A stretch of DNA of 64,000 nt from the human T2T-CHM13v2.0 reference genome, Homo sapiens: assembly GCF_009914755.1 (NCBI RefSeq), contig NC_060947.1. One strand, 5' to 3'. Shown here piece after piece: positions 12,931-28,165 of this stretch; within the stretch, counting starts at the first letter, position 1, and every line of letters begins with the position of its first letter. The notes beneath the pieces are model-generated. The model saw only the letters and a program-made list of their open reading frames with translations. It did not search any database and had not been told where the DNA came from. The translations under genes were made by a program, and so were the position numbers.

Positions 12931-14911
12931 TTAAAGACAGACCCACGTATTTAAGGTGAGTTGATGTATTATAAAAGTGATACAAAAAATAAATTGACAA
13001 AAAGACTGCTTAGTTGATTTTGTGGGGAATATTGATCACTAATTGGCAAACAATAAAAATGATTTCTGATTTAAAAGAAGATGTAATTACAGATGCCAAA
13101 TAAACAAAAGAGAAAAATATAAAAGACAATGCTATTTTGCATCAATATTCATCAGGAATATTGGCCTGCAGTTTTCTGTTTTTTGATATGTTTTTGTCTG
13201 GTTTTGGTATCAGGGTAATACTGGCCTCAGAGAATGAGTTTGAAAATATCCCCTCCTCCTCTGTTTTTCTGAATATTTTGTGTAGGGTTGGTATTAGTTC
13301 TTCTTTAAATGTTTGCTAAAATTTAGCATTGAAGATATTGGGTCCTTTGCTTGTTTTTGCTGGGATACTTCTTATGACTTCAATCTCATTACTTGTTATT
13401 GTCTATTCAGGTTTTGGATTACTTCATGGATCGATCTTTGTAGGTTGTATGAGTCTAGGAATTTACCTGTTTCTTCTAGGTTTTCTAATGTATTGGCATA
13501 TGGTCGCTCATAGTAGTCTCAAATGACCCTTTGAATTCCTGTGGTTTCAGTTTTAATGTCTCCTTTTTCATCTCTGATTTTATTTATTTGGGTCTCTTCT
13601 ATTTTTCTCAGGTTAAATCTTTTGTTTACTTTAAAAAAACAATGTGTTTTGTTGATCTTTTATATTTTTTCTTTCAAATTTATTAATTTCTGCTCTGATC
13701 TTTATTTCTTTTATTCTATTAATTTTGAGTTTGTTTTGCTCTTGCTTTTCTAGTACTTTTAGGTGCATCATTAGTTTCTTTGAAGTTTTTCTACTTCTCT
13801 TATGTAGGCAAACATTTATATAAACCACCTTAGTAGTGCTTTTGTTGTATCCCATAGGTTTTTGCATGCTGTGTTTCCATTTTCATTTGTTTCAAGGAAA
13901 TTTTAAATTTTGTACTTACTTTGTTCATCGACCCACTGGTCCTTCATACTTTTAAACTTTTTGTTTTCTATTTATATCTTATTGCACGATGTCTGGAAAA
14001 GTTGTATAGTTATTATTTTTGATAGTTTCATCTTTTAGTATTTATTCTCACGATACGAGTTCATATGACACAGTTGCAGTATTATAATATTCTATGTTTG
14101 TCTCTGTAGTTATTATTACCACTGAGTTTTGTACTCACTGGTAATATTTCTTATTGTTTGTTAACATTCTTTTCTTTTAGATTGAAAGACTCCCTTTAGC
14201 CTTTCTTGTAGGACAAGACTGGTGTTGATAAAATCCCTCAGCTTTTGTTTTTCTGAGAAAGTCTTTATTTCTACTTCACGTGTGAAGTCTATTTTCACTG
14301 AATATACTATTCTAGGATTTTGTTTTTCCTTTAGCACTTTAAATATGTCATGCCACTCTCTTCTGGCCTGTAAGGTTTCCACTGACAAGTCTGCTGCCAG
14401 ATGTACTAGAGCTCTATTTTATGTTATTTCTTTTTTCTTGCTACTTTTAGGACACTTTCTTTATCTTTGACTTTTGGGAGTTTGAATATTAAATGCCTTG
14501 AGGTAATCTTCTTTTGGGTTAAATCTGCTTGGTGTTCTATAACTTTCTTATACTTGAATGTTGATATCTTTCTCCAGGTTTGAAAGTTCTCTGATATCCT
14601 TTTATATAAACTTTCTACCCCTATCTCTTTCTCTACCTCCTCCTTAAGGCCAATGACTCTTAGATTTGCACTTTCGAGGCTATTTTCTAGATATTGTAGG
14701 TGTGCTTCATTAATTCTTTTTTCCTTTGTCTGCTCTCACTGTGTATTTTGAAATAGCCTGTTTCCCAACTCACTAATTCTTTTGTCTGCTTGATCTACTC
14801 TGCTGTTGAGATACTCTAATGGAGTCTTCAGTATGTTAAAGTTTCAGCTCCAGAATTTCTGCTTAATTTTTTAAAAAATATTTCAATTTCTTTGTTAAAT
14901 TTATCTGATAG

Positions 14912-15310
<399 letters not shown>

Positions 15311-16740
15311 TGACATACCTCTGTCTCTACAGGATTGGTCTCTGGTTCCTTATTTACTTCATTTGGTGAGGCCGTGCTTTCCTGGATTGTCTTGATGCTT
15401 GTGGATATTTGTAGACATCTGGTCATTGACAAATTAGATATTTGTTGTTGACTTCACAACAGGGGTTTATTTGTACCCATCCTTCTTGGATGGCTTTCCA
15501 TGTACTCAAAGGAAATTCAGTGTTTTTATCTAAGTCTTTGGTCACCGCAGTCATATCTTATTAGGGGGCACCTCAAGCCCAGTGATGCTATGACTCTTGC
15601 AGACTTGTAGAGGTACCACCTTGGTGGTCTTGACTGAGATCCAGGATAATTCTCTGGAATGTCAAGCAGATAAACTTTTTCTCTTCCATTACTTTTTCCA
15701 AAACAAATGGAGTATCTCTTTGTGCTGTCTGGGGCTGGGGTGGGGGTGGTGACATAGCACCCCTGTGACCACCACCACTGGGACTGCATGGGTCAGACCT
15801 GAAGCCAGCATAGCACTGTTTCATCCAAGGGCCATGGTGACAGCTGCCTGTCTACCGCTGGTGTTCACTCAAGGCCCAGGGGCTCTTTTGTCAGCAGGTG
15901 GCAAATCCAGCCAGGCTGGTGTCCTCTCCTTCAGGGAGGTCAGATCCTCACTGACCCCAGAGTAGATCAGTGCTATCTGGGAGCCTAGGCTTGGAGTTGG
16001 GAACCTTAGGTATCTCCTTGGTTCTCTATTCTACTATAGCTGAACTGGTACTCAAGCCACAAGACAAAGTCATTCCCACTATTCTCTCTTCCTTCCTGAT
16101 GCAGGAATCTCTCCCAGTGGCCAAACTGCCCCAGGCCTGTGGTGAATACTGCCTGGTTACCAGTGATGTTCACTAAAGGCCCAAAGGCTCTTCAGTCACC
16201 TTGTGGTGTATGCTGCCAGGCCTTGGTCTCTTCCTTCAGGACAGTTGCCTCCCCTCTGGCCCACTGTCAATATATGCCATCCAGAAGCCAAGGCCTGGAA
16301 TCAGGGACCTCAGAAACCCACGTGATGCTCTACTTCACTGTGTGGCTGAGCTGGTGCCCAGGCAGTAAAACAAAATCCTCTTTATTCTTTCCTCTCCTTT
16401 CCTCAAGCAGAAGGAGTTTTTCCCCATGGCCACCAGAGCTGGAATGTGCTGGGTCACACATGAAACCAGCACAGGCCTGCATCTGACCCAAGGTCTGTAG
16501 CAAGTACAACCTGGGTACTGCTGATGCTTATTTATGGCACAAGGGATCCTTAATTGAAGGTGATAAATCCTATCAGGACTTGGTCCTTCTATTCAAGGAA
16601 GGTGGTTAATTTCTGATCCTTGATATGTCTAGAATTGTTGTCTAAGAGCTAGGGCCTGGAATGTGGGCCTCAGGACTCTGGCTGGTGCCACATTCTACTG
16701 TGGCTGAGCTGGTATCCAAGGTACAAGACAAAGCCCTCTT

Positions 16741-17146
16741 TTTCTTTTTTTTTTGTAATGAACTCACATTTTATTTAACTTCTTGCTCATTTTTAATCCC
16801 AAATAAGTTTAGGGAATTCCTATTTATTTATTTTTCTTTTTTTTTCTTTTTTTAAATATTTTTTTTCATTATACTTTAAGTTCTAGGGTACATGTGCACA
16901 ACGTGGTGGGACTGTAAACTAGTTCAACCACTGTGGAAGACAGTGTGGCGATTCCTCAGGGATTTAGAACTAGAAATACCATTTGACCCAGCCATCCCAT
17001 TACTGGGTATATACCCAAAGGACTATAAATCATGCTGCTATAAAGACACATGCACACGTATGTTTATTGCGGCACTATTCACAATAGCAAAGACTTGGAA
17101 CCAACCCAAATGTCCAACAATGATAGACTGGATTAAGAAAATGTGC
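16741..17146 (-). mobile_element. Young L1PA (PA3/PA4 era) insertion, 5'-inverted, with a 3' transduction
   Basis: TSD caaagccc(t/c)ctt at 16729-16740 and 17147-17158; poly(T), unique ~66 nt, second T-rich tail, L1 3' tip (minus), inverted L1 segment (plus). Confidence 0.9.
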
Positions 17147-18239
17147 CAAAGCCCCCTTCACTCTTCCTTCTTCTAGTCTTGAGTGGAAGGAAGGAGTCTC
17201 TCCTGAAGCTGTGAGCTGCATTGCCGAAGGTTGGGGGAGGGGTGACACAAGCACTCCCTTGGTCTCCCCAGCTTGTGTCTCACTAGGTCACATGCACCCC
17301 AAGTCCACTGGCTCTGAGCCCAGCACAGCAAGAGAACTGGGCTAGGAATTGTAGTCCTTGTACCCTAGATTACCTTTCAAGTTTATTTAGGACCCCAGCA
17401 TGCTTCAGCCCATGGTGGTGTGGCTAGCTGTAATTCAAGCTCCAACCACTAGGATAGAGGATTCCCTTACAGCTATGACAGAATTGAATTCTACCCATGC
17501 TCCCTGGGCACCTGCAGAATTCAATTCTGTGTAACTTTTCTCTGTGACAGGGCAGCACTGGGTTATAATGAAAAGTCCCACAATCATTGTGCTCTCTTTC
17601 CCCTAAGCACACAGATTCTCTCTCCTCTCTTAGTGGCCAGTGTCAGGGGCTGGGGGAAGGGTGGTGTTGGCAATTTAAGACTTTTTCTTTTACTCTTTTC
17701 AGTGCCTCTTTCCTTGATGTAATGTTAAAACTAGGTACTCTGATTACTCACTTGGTTTTGGGGTTTTATGAAGGTGCTTTCTTGTGTGGGTGGTTGTTTA
17801 ATCTTGTGTTCCAGCAGGGGGAACAATTACTGGAGGGTTCCTTTTGGCCATCTTGCTCCACCTCTTCCAGGTTGAATATGTTTCTTTTTCTTTAATGCCA
17901 TGTGATTAAATAGCGATGATAGAGAGACAGATGATGATGTGTGAAAGAGCTGAAATTCTCATCTACGATTATAGGAAATCAATGAACAATGTGAAAAATA
18001 ATGAACCCAAGCTATCATACTTTCTTCTTTTAAGAATGTAGAGGTAACTATCTGTATAAAGAGTTAATGAAAACATCAGTGATTGCCTCTAGGGAGTAAA
18101 ATGTGGGGTGGGGGCGGTTAAAGGGAAGAAAAAGCCAAGCATTTATAACAATAAAAATAAACGCTTTTTAGCATGATTTAATACTATAAACTAAAAATAA
18201 GTAAGTATAATTTATTGTGCACATTGTTTCAGAAAATAT

Positions 18240-18440
18240 TTTAAGCATTTTACATGTGTAATCTAATTTAATACTCACAGAAAAGCAATGAGTTACGTAT
18301 TATTTGTTACCTCCATTTCACAGACGAATAAATTAAATCATATAGAAGTTGTTACTGCCTAAAGTCACACGGTGTTGGTTAGTGGTGGTGTCAGTGTTTA
18401 TTAGATCATAAAAGCATAAGTGGTCAGACTCCAGAAACTT
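18240..18440 (-). mobile_element. MIR SINE relic
   Basis: tttacatgtgtaatctaatttaatactcacag...ccatttcacagacgaataaatt...gcctaaagtcacac. Confidence 0.65.
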
Positions 18441-18489
18441 TATTAAGTGTCATTCCATGCTTTGATAAAAACATAGAATATTTTATATT

Positions 18490-18678
18490 TTTTAATTCAT
18501 TTACTTATTTAATTAACTTCTTTATTTATGAGACAGAGTCTTGCTCCATTCCACAGGCTGGAGTGTAGTGGTGCAATCATAGCTCACTGCAGCCTCAAAC
18601 TCCTGGGCTGAAATGATTCTCCCATCACAGCCTCCTGAGTAGCTAGGTCTACAGGTTTGTGCCACCATGCCTAGCTAT
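18490..18678 (-). mobile_element. Alu monomer (FLAM or AluJ arm)
   Basis: gagacagagtcttgctcc...gcaatcatagctcactgcagcctcaaactcctgggct...ccaccatgcctagcta. Confidence 0.88.
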
Positions 18679-18899
18679 CATGATATATATTTTGAAGAGG
18701 AGCCACATCAGGAGAAAGATGGGGCAATAGTCACAGTGGGAATTAAGAAAATATTTGCTTTTTTTGTCCTTGAGTTTTTTGTGTGGTTATGGGAGTAATT
18801 TGGGATGGGAGAGTGATGAGAGAAAGAAACAGTTAGAGACTCAGATCAATTGAACCATACAAATGGTAAAGGAGTATGTACACATCACTGAGAGGAGAT

Positions 18900-19092
18900 A
18901 AGCAAGGTAGATGTGCCTCCGAGTGGTGAGAAACTCAAACTAAAAACAGAGGTTATGTATAGGTGTTCCATCTGACAATCACAGCTGAGTTTCCAGCTGA
19001 CAAATGGCACCAACTAACTATCAGCCATGTAAGTAAATAATCTTGGACATCCAGCTTAGTCTAGCCTTCATATGTTTCCTGTCCCAGCAACA
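18900..19092 (+). mobile_element. MLT1 (H/I/J-like) LTR, left part
   Basis: cagccatgtaagtaaataatcttggacatccagc...cccagcaaca. Confidence 0.65.
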
Positions 19093-20520
19093 GTTCTTTT
19101 TTTTAAAAAAATTTCTCTTATTTTATTAGTTTCAAATTGCTAAATGGATTTTCCAACCACCTCAGATCCCTTAATGTTTGCAAATGGACTAGAAATGGGA
19201 GTGGAAGAAGAGAAGCCTGCCAGGTTTCAGAGTCTAATCCAGTTTCACAATTCACTTATAATCTGATACCCATCTATCTCTTTTTGGCACTCAAAAGCCC
19301 AGGTCTTTCCTGGAAGCAGCAAGGCACCTCATTACCTACGAGGGACCACACATAGATCTGCTAAGCTAGGTGTTGAGAACCACTGAATCAGAAATAAAAA
19401 AAGAATTTGGGCCAAAAGCAGTCAGCACCCACAGGGAACACAGGCACAGCTCATACATGAGCAGCCAGAATATGACAGCCATGAAGAATCCAATATTAGA
19501 GGCAAATGACCCAGTTACATCATCTTATATGGCATTTCTTCTGTTATTCCATTTAAAAATGAGATATAATTTATAAACCCCTATTTAGAGTATATAATGT
19601 ATTTGTATTATATTCACAGAATCCTGCCACAATCACTACAATCTAATTTGAGAATACACTCATCACTCCCTAAGAAATCTTATACACACTAGCAATCACT
19701 CCCCATTCCTCCCTCCATGCTGAGCTTCAGAAAACCACTAATCTACTTTCTATCTCTATAAATTTACATATTGTGGACATTTCCTAGAAAAGGAATAACA
19801 CTATATGAGGTCTTTTGTGATTTACTTCTGTTACTCAACATTTTCAACGTTCATTTATGTTGTAGCATGTATCAATACTACATTTATTTTGATGGCTGAA
19901 TAATATTCCAATGTATGAATATACCAAATTTTGTTTACTCCTTCATCAGTTGATTGACATCTGGATTGTTTCCATTATTTGGCTACTGTGAATATTTTGC
20001 CATGAATGTCTGTGTAAGTTTAGGTTTAAACACTTGTTTTTAATTATTTTTGCTGTATCACTTGGAGTGGAATGGTACCTTTAACATTTTGGGGAACTGC
20101 CAAACTGTTTTCCAAAGCAGATGAACTATTTTATGTTTCCACAAACAATGTATACGTGTTCAGATTTCTCTTCATTTTCACCAACACTTGTCCTTACATG
20201 TCTTTTTCATCATAGCCATCCAAGGGGGTATGAAGTTGCATTTAATGGTTTCCAATGAATTCTCTACTTAAAAATGATGTTACAGATCATTTCATGCACT
20301 TACTGGCCATTTGTATACCTGTTTTAGAGAAATATCTATTCATATATGTTGTCATTTTTAATTATTTGTTCTTTTAATATAGAGTTGTAAAATTTTTTAC
20401 AGGGTCTAGATACAAATCCTCTATCTGATATATAATTTGCATTTTTCCCATTCGGTGGGTTGTCATTTGACTTTCTTCATTGTGATTTTTTTTAAACATA
20501 GAAGTTTTAAAATTTGATGA

Positions 20521-20927
<407 letters not shown>

Positions 20928-21486
20928 AAGAGTTTTATAGTTTTAGTTCTTATATTTCAGTCCCTGATTCTTTTAGAGTTAATTTTTGCATATGAGGTGA
21001 GGCAAGTATGCAAATTCACTAATTTGCCTGTGAATATACAATTGTCCCAGCAGCATTAATTAAAACAAAGTTCATTTCTACTTTAATTGTCTTGTTCCCT
21101 TATCAAGTTCCATTGGCCAAAATGTGAGGACTTATTTCTGGACTCTCAATTCAATTCCAGTGGCATATATGCCTACATGTACACCACTGCCACTCTCCCT
21201 TGATTATAATAGCATTGTAATAAGATGTTAAATTGGAATCTATGAGTCCTTCAACTTGTTTTTCTTTTTAAAAGATTAGTTTAACTACTTTGGATCCCAT
21301 GTGATTCCACATTAATTTTAGGATGAACAGTTCAATTTTTGCAAAAAATTGAGGTTAGCATTTTTGATAGGGGTTGCATTGATTGCTGTAGATCAATTGT
21401 TGTGTACCATTTTGGCAAATATTGCCATTCTAATAATATCAAGTCTGCCAATTCAAGAAGATGGTATGTCTTTTTTTAATTTAGAT

Positions 21487-21712
21487 CAAGCTTGCCCAAC
21501 CCTTGGCCCAGGGTCACATGCAGCCCAGGATGGCTTTGAATGTGACCCAACACAAGCACCTAAACTTTCTTAAAACATTATGAGATTGTTTTTCCTATTT
21601 CTTTTTTTTAGCTCATCAGTTATCATTAGTGTTAGTGTATATTATGTGTGACCCAAGACAATTCTTCTTCCTCCAATGTGGCTCAGGGAAGCCAAAAGAT
21701 TGGACACTCTTG
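21487..21712 (-). mobile_element. MER30 hAT-Charlie non-autonomous DNA transposon
   Basis: caagcttgcccaacc...gggaagccaaaagattggacactcttg; perfect 8-bp TSD ATTTAGAT at 21479-21486 and 21713-21720. Confidence 0.92.
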
Positions 21713-22226
21713 ATTTAGATCTTCCATAGTTTCTTTCAGCAATGTCTTGTAATATTTACTGTACAAATCTTATACTATTATGGTTAAATTTATTCCTAAA
21801 TATTTCATCATTTTTGAGGATAATGTAAACCAAACCATTTTTAATCTCATTTTCACTTTTTTTACTGCTAGTGCTTAGAAATAAAATTTATTTTTATACA
21901 TTGATCTTGTAACCTATAACTTTGAAGAAGTTATTTATTAGTTCTAACAGGTTTTTAGTGGATTCTTTAGGATTTTCTATATATAATATAATGTCTTCTG
22001 CAAATAGAGTTTTACTTCTTCTTTTTCAAACTTGATGCTTTTTATTGTTTTCTTGCCAAATCACCCTTGCTAGGATGTTTAGTACAATGTTAAATAAATG
22101 TTTTAGGAGTGATGTCCACTCACGTCATTTTTTGTCCTCTATTCTATTGATATGGTGTATTACATTGATTGACTATTGAATTTTTAACCATACTTGCATT
22201 CCTGAAATCTGGGATAAATCCTCCTT

Positions 22227-22312
22227 GTATATGTATATATGTGTGTATGTATATATAAAACATGTAATATATGGATATAAATATACATATATGCATACAC
22301 ATACACACACAT
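22227..22312. repeat. (TA/TG/CA)n compound microsatellite
   Basis: gtatatgtatatatgtgtgtatgtatatat...acacatacacacac. Confidence 0.8.
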
Positions 22313-25300
22313 TAAAGCATGTCTATATGTCTTTGCTTTCTTTTCTATACATTGGATTAGTTTTGTAGTATTTAGTTGTTTAGAATATTTGAATCTATAT
22401 TCGTAAGGCATATGACCTATAACTTTTTCTTTAGTGATGTTCTTGTTTGCTTTTGGTATCAGAATAAAGCTAGCATTATAGAGCAAGTTGGGAAGTATTC
22501 CCACTTCTGTATTTTGGAAGACTTTCTAAAGGATTGGAATTAATCATTCTCTAAATGTCTGATAGAAATGATCAGTGAAGTCATCTGGGCCTGGGCTTTA
22601 CTTTATATGTAGGTTATCTAGTTATTAATTCCATCTTTTCCATTGTTATTGGTCAATTCAAATTTTCTTTCTCTTTTTGAGTCAACTCCAGTTGTTCGTG
22701 TTGTTTTAAAGTATTTATCCATTTTATATGTCATGTTAGTTTACATATGTTTCTTCATAATATTCCCTAATAAGTTTTGTTTTTGCTTTTATGAGATTGA
22801 TAGTTATGTCCTCTCTTTTTGTGATTTTGATAGTCTTCTGTTTTTGTCAGCCTACCAAAAGATTTGCCAATTTTGTTGATATTTCCAAAGAACAAACTTT
22901 GGCTTGCTGATTTTGCTCTCTCTATTCTACACTTCATCTGTGTCTACTCCTTTCTCTATTATGTTCTTTCATATGATTGCTTTGGATTCAGTTTACTGTT
23001 GTTTTTCCTGTATCTTATATTGGAACATTTGGTTACTGATTTGAGATTTTTCTCTTGTTAATAAAGGTATTTGTAGGCATAAAAATTATTTCAGCATTGC
23101 TTTAGTTGAATTCCATAAGTTGAGTTATGTTGTGTTTTCATTTCTGTTCCCCTCAAAGTTGTTTTTTTTTCTAATTTCCTTTGAGATATTTTCTCTGACC
23201 TATTGGTTATTTGGGCACGTGGTTTTTAATTTACACATATTTGTGAGTTTCTAAAATTTTCCTTGTGCTATTCTAATCTAATTCCATTGTGGTTAGAGAA
23301 CATATTTTATATGATTTCAATTATTTTAAATTCATGAAGGTTTGCATTGTGATATAGTATACTGTCTATCATGCAAATATTTCATGTAGTTTTTAGAAGA
23401 CTGTGTATTCTGTTATTCATGGGCATAGTGTTTTATTAAGGTCTATTGGGTCAAGTTCATTTATACTATTTTTTATCCTTGTTGATATTCTGCCTAGTTG
23501 TTGTATCTATTATCAATAGTGGGATATTGAAGTTTCCAACTACTATTATTGAATTTTCTTATTTCTGCTTTCACTTCTGCCATTTTTGTTTCATGTATTT
23601 TCCAGTTCTATTCTTAGGTACACACAATCTTATAATTATTTCTTGCTCATAGACAAAACTTTTATAATTCTAAAATGTTCTTATATAGGGAAATTGTTTT
23701 CATTTTAAAGTCTATTTTATGTTAGTACAGACACTCCAGTTCTCTTATGATTCCAATTAGTATGTTATGTTTTTTCCCATAATTTTTAAAATCTATTTAT
23801 AATTTGAATCTATAATGTGTCTTCCACATATATTATATATATGAATCGTTTTAAAAAAATCCAGTATGATAATCTGCCTTTACATTGAACTGTTCAATCT
23901 GTTTATCTTTGATGTTATTATTAATATGACTTGATTGGCATTTGTCATTTTGTTTTATTTCTTCTACATTTCTCATGTCCTTTTCTTGTTTTTTTTCTTT
24001 TCTGTTTTCATTTTCATTAAATGAATACTTTCTAGTATAACATTTTCATTCCTGTAATATTTTAACAAGAGCTTCTTAGTTATTTATAAATAGTTGCTCT
24101 AGGGCTTACATTATGCATCTTACCTTCTCAGAATTAACTTCAAATCTATACTAAATTAAATGGAATATAGAATCTTTACCACTATATAGCTCTATTGTTT
24201 TCTGCCCATTTTGTGAATTCATTGCTATAAACATGTCATATATGTATGTGCATATATATATGAAACCTGACAATATATTGTTATATTTACTATTGAATAT
24301 GTTTTTATATATTTTTAAGGAAGCTAAGATAAGAGAGAAGAACAAGTATATATTTACAAGGCTTCTTACATAATTTTTCTTATTTACACTATCTGGTTCT
24401 CTTTATTCCTATAGATCGAAGTTACCATTTAACGTCAAGTAGGAAAATAGTTTTTCCTACCTTCTGCTTTTGTTCCGTTACTGTCAAATATATTACATTT
24501 CTATATTGGTCTCACAATACAATTATCACATTTTATAAAATTGCTTTTTACATATGTTAAGAGAGAAAAATGAATATACATTTATATTTTATTTTAACAT
24601 TGCCTGTGTAACTGCCAACATCAACACTCTTTTTTTTAATGTCGATTCAAATTACTGTATGATGTTCCTTGGTTTTAGCATGAAAAGCTTCCTTTAGTAC
24701 CTCCTGTGAGAAGAGTCTTTTAGCCACAAATTATTTGATAGTTTTGTTTCTATATTTTTGTAAGATAGTTTTGCTGGATATAAGATTCTTGGATGACAGA
24801 TGTTTTTCTTTTATTGCCTTTCATTCTTCTGTAATGTCATCCCCCTGACTTCTGGCAGCCATTTTTTTTATGAAAAGCCACCTATTAATCTTATTGCGGT
24901 TCACTTGTATATGATGAGGTTTTTTTTTTTTTTTTTTTGTTTTTTTTGTTTTTTTTTTTTTTGCTGCTTTCAAGGTTTTGTTTTATCTGTGAGTTTCAAC
25001 ATGTTGACTATGATACTTCTAGGTATGGATCCTGTGTTTATTCCAGGTGGATTTTTTTAAGTTTAAAAAAATATTTTAATGTTTTTCATCAAGTTTGGAA
25101 ATTTTCAGTTATTATTTGAACACTTTTAATGCTTTTTAAAATCTTTCCTTTTGGTACTCCCACTGCAAGTATATTGTTGTGCTTAATGAGGTCCCATATT
25201 TGTCTGAGCTGTTAATTAGTTTAATTGTTTTCTCTCTGTTCTTCAGTTTGCATAATCTCTATTGATTTACCTTGAAATTTACTAATTCTTTCCTTTGTCA

Positions 25301-26835
25301 GTTCAGGCCTACTGTTAAGCCCTACTAGTCAATGTCATTTTCATTATTGTACCTTCTAACTCAAGAATTTCCTTCTGATTCTTTAAAAAATAAGGTCTCT
25401 TTTTCTTGATATTATTCAACAAGACATTGTTACCATACTGTTCTTCAATTTTTTAAAGTACATTATTTCCCTTTGTTTTTTAAACTTATTTATAGCATTT
25501 TCTTTGAAGCTTTGTCTGAGAAGACTAACATCTGTGTACCCTCAAAGGCAGATATTATTGCCTTATTTCAATTTTGATTATGGGTCTGATTTTTATATTT
25601 CTGTGCATGTTTCATAATATTTTATTGAAAGTGGATATTTTAGATAGTATATTATGTCAACTTTGGATATAAAATTCTGCAAGGCTACTTATTGCTGGTG
25701 TTTATTTCTTTGTTGACATGGCTGGGCTACTTCAATGAAGTATCTTTCTCCTGAAGTGTACAACCTTGATATGGTCCTCAGAAGGTCACACTTTGGCATG
25801 CAAACAATTTTCCTGACCTTCAGGGATGAGTCTGGCTTTAGCTGGACTTTGACTCTCTCTTTTCTTGATCTTCCCATTAAGCTTATGGTTGATTTACTGT
25901 ATTGTTATCCCACTGAGATATTAGCCTTCTCCAACTGCTAACTCATGGGTTTATTATTTTCAACAATATTCTCAGACATTACTTGCTCCACATTGATACC
26001 CAGCCTCTTGGCAGGAGCTTGGTGTAAGGCTTGCTCTAACCTTCTCCTAGGCAGATCTCTTTGCTATGGAGCAGGAGTTAGGTGGGAAAAACTTGCTTTT
26101 CACCAGGCATTCCCTCAGGATTCCCCATATAAAGCAAGCACTGGGCAGGGGGAGGGGGAGTAGGTAGGCGGATCAATGTTGCTCTCTGGTTGCTGCCACC
26201 ACCCAGTATGGAACTTCCACAGCCCAGAATCTAAGAGAACTGAATATTCTGATTTTGACCAGCTGCTGAATCTACCTGGAATAGTTCTTTAATTATAGGC
26301 AACTGGTGGGGATGGGAGCTGCCACCTGCCTAGCAAGCCCTCTGGAGCTCTCCTGATTAACAGAGCTATGTAGGTAATGGGTCTTCTTTCCTCACCTGCT
26401 CCTTGGCCTGGATCCATCCTACAGAGCAAGAGTTGCAGACGGGGAATTGAGAGCTACGCTGCTGCTACTAGCCACATGATAGAACTCTTCTACAGCATAG
26501 GGTTGTAAAAACAGAATCTGCTAATGTTCACTGGTTACTGAAACTACTCTGAATGGCTCTTCCACCTCAGGATATTGGGGAGATTGGGACTGCCACTCAG
26601 TCACCAAGTCAGGGAGTTATAATAATAGTCATTAGATCAAACGGCAGGATCTCTCACAGTTCTTACATAGTTTGAATTTCATTTAATAAATTATTCTCAG
26701 TTTGTTGCTAGCCTTTTGATGAATCTCCAGAGGCTTTGAGTAATTGATTTTGATAATTGTTACCAGCTTAATACATGTCTTTTCAGGGCAGAGTTTTCTC
26801 TAAGCTTCTTTCCCTACCCTTCCAGAAGAACCACT

Positions 26836-26981
26836 ATTGAGTACAACTACCAAGTTATCCTAGTTAGAACAACCTAGCTAAGCCTAGTCAACACACATAA
26901 CAGTTAGAGATAATAAAAAATTATTGTTTTAAACAGCTAATTTTGGGGTGGTGTCTTATCCAGTGATAGATAACCAAAACA
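26836..26981 (+). mobile_element. MLT1 LTR, right part
   Basis: agctaagcctagtcaac...gagataataaaaaattattgttttaaacagctaattttggggtggt...atagataaccaaaaca. Confidence 0.75.
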
Positions 26982-28165
26982 TGTTTCCGGATCTATTTCA
27001 ATTTTTTTTTAATTGCCTGTTGTGGGATATATGAGTCAAGGCTGTTAATCTTTACTGAGAAAAGGGAAGATAATTATTTTGAACACATAAACATATTTGT
27101 AAAAGTAAGTATGTTCACACATTTTTGGAAGTGACATACAATATCCTATCATGACTAGGATTCCTTAAACATCTTTTCTAGTATAAAAAATGTGAAGATG
27201 AAAGATATTTATAATCTTGTTCTAAACAACACACTCCAGGTTGCTTTTGGGATCAATCATATGAAGTGCCAGAATTCTTCAGAATAGCTATCATTCTTTA
27301 TTTTCTATCCATTTTGTCTCATCCATTATAACAAGGGGCACAGTGACAGTCCTTCTATTTCAAAAAAATAAAAAGAAAGGAAAAAAGAAAAATAAGAAGT
27401 CCTTGACATTTTTTTTGACATGGGTCTCATGAATTTTCTTCTCATTATATTATGCAGTTTTCAAGGCTTTGTAAATAGAATTTTCCATGTATAACTGCCT
27501 ACCACTTTAAAAAGGTACACATAGACTTTAACTGCCTATCAAATGTGAATGAACTCCAACTTGGCAGAAAATAGCTAATATATTCAACTTGAATGCCATC
27601 CTTTACCAATACTTTTAAATCCCTGCAAATCTCAATTTAAGTCAGGCAGTATTAAATTAAAATACTCTTTGGTAATTCTGAAAACAACAATACTTGTTGA
27701 AAATATTTAAAATGTTATGCACATATTTTCTATAAGAAAATTTCTGATGTGAAGAAGACATTTTGTGTTTTTTTCTGATGTTATATTTTTCCTTTGAAGT
27801 AAATCAAGAGCTGGCAGTTGTGCTCTTAGTGAGTTTGCTAGCAAGTCAGGGAACAAGATTAAAAAAAAAAAAACAGTGAAAATTTTAGATATTTATTTGG
27901 AGTATAGTTTCCAGTTCAATATCTCCTGCTTCTTTAACTATATAGCTTTACTAAAGAGAAAAAAATATATGCTTTGGTATATCTGTGCCAAGTTAGCTAT
28001 ATCTACATATGGGTAACTAAGGGAAATGGTTAACTTTAAAATGGAGATGAAATATAACCAAAGTATGTCATTTAAGTGATGATAAACTATAATTTATGAA
28101 TTACCTAAGAATATGACAGTTTTCAAAAATCTCTTTCAATACCATTATAAAGTATAATACCTATT

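Noticed and set aside
15950-17200. Spaced repeated units resembling an array
   Set aside because: Degenerate internal repeats typical of L1M1/L1M2 5'UTRs; not CRISPR-like, and the context is eukaryotic
27000-28150. Unique AT-rich stretch as possible exons
   Set aside because: Isolated gtaagt motif with no supporting ORF or recognisable product
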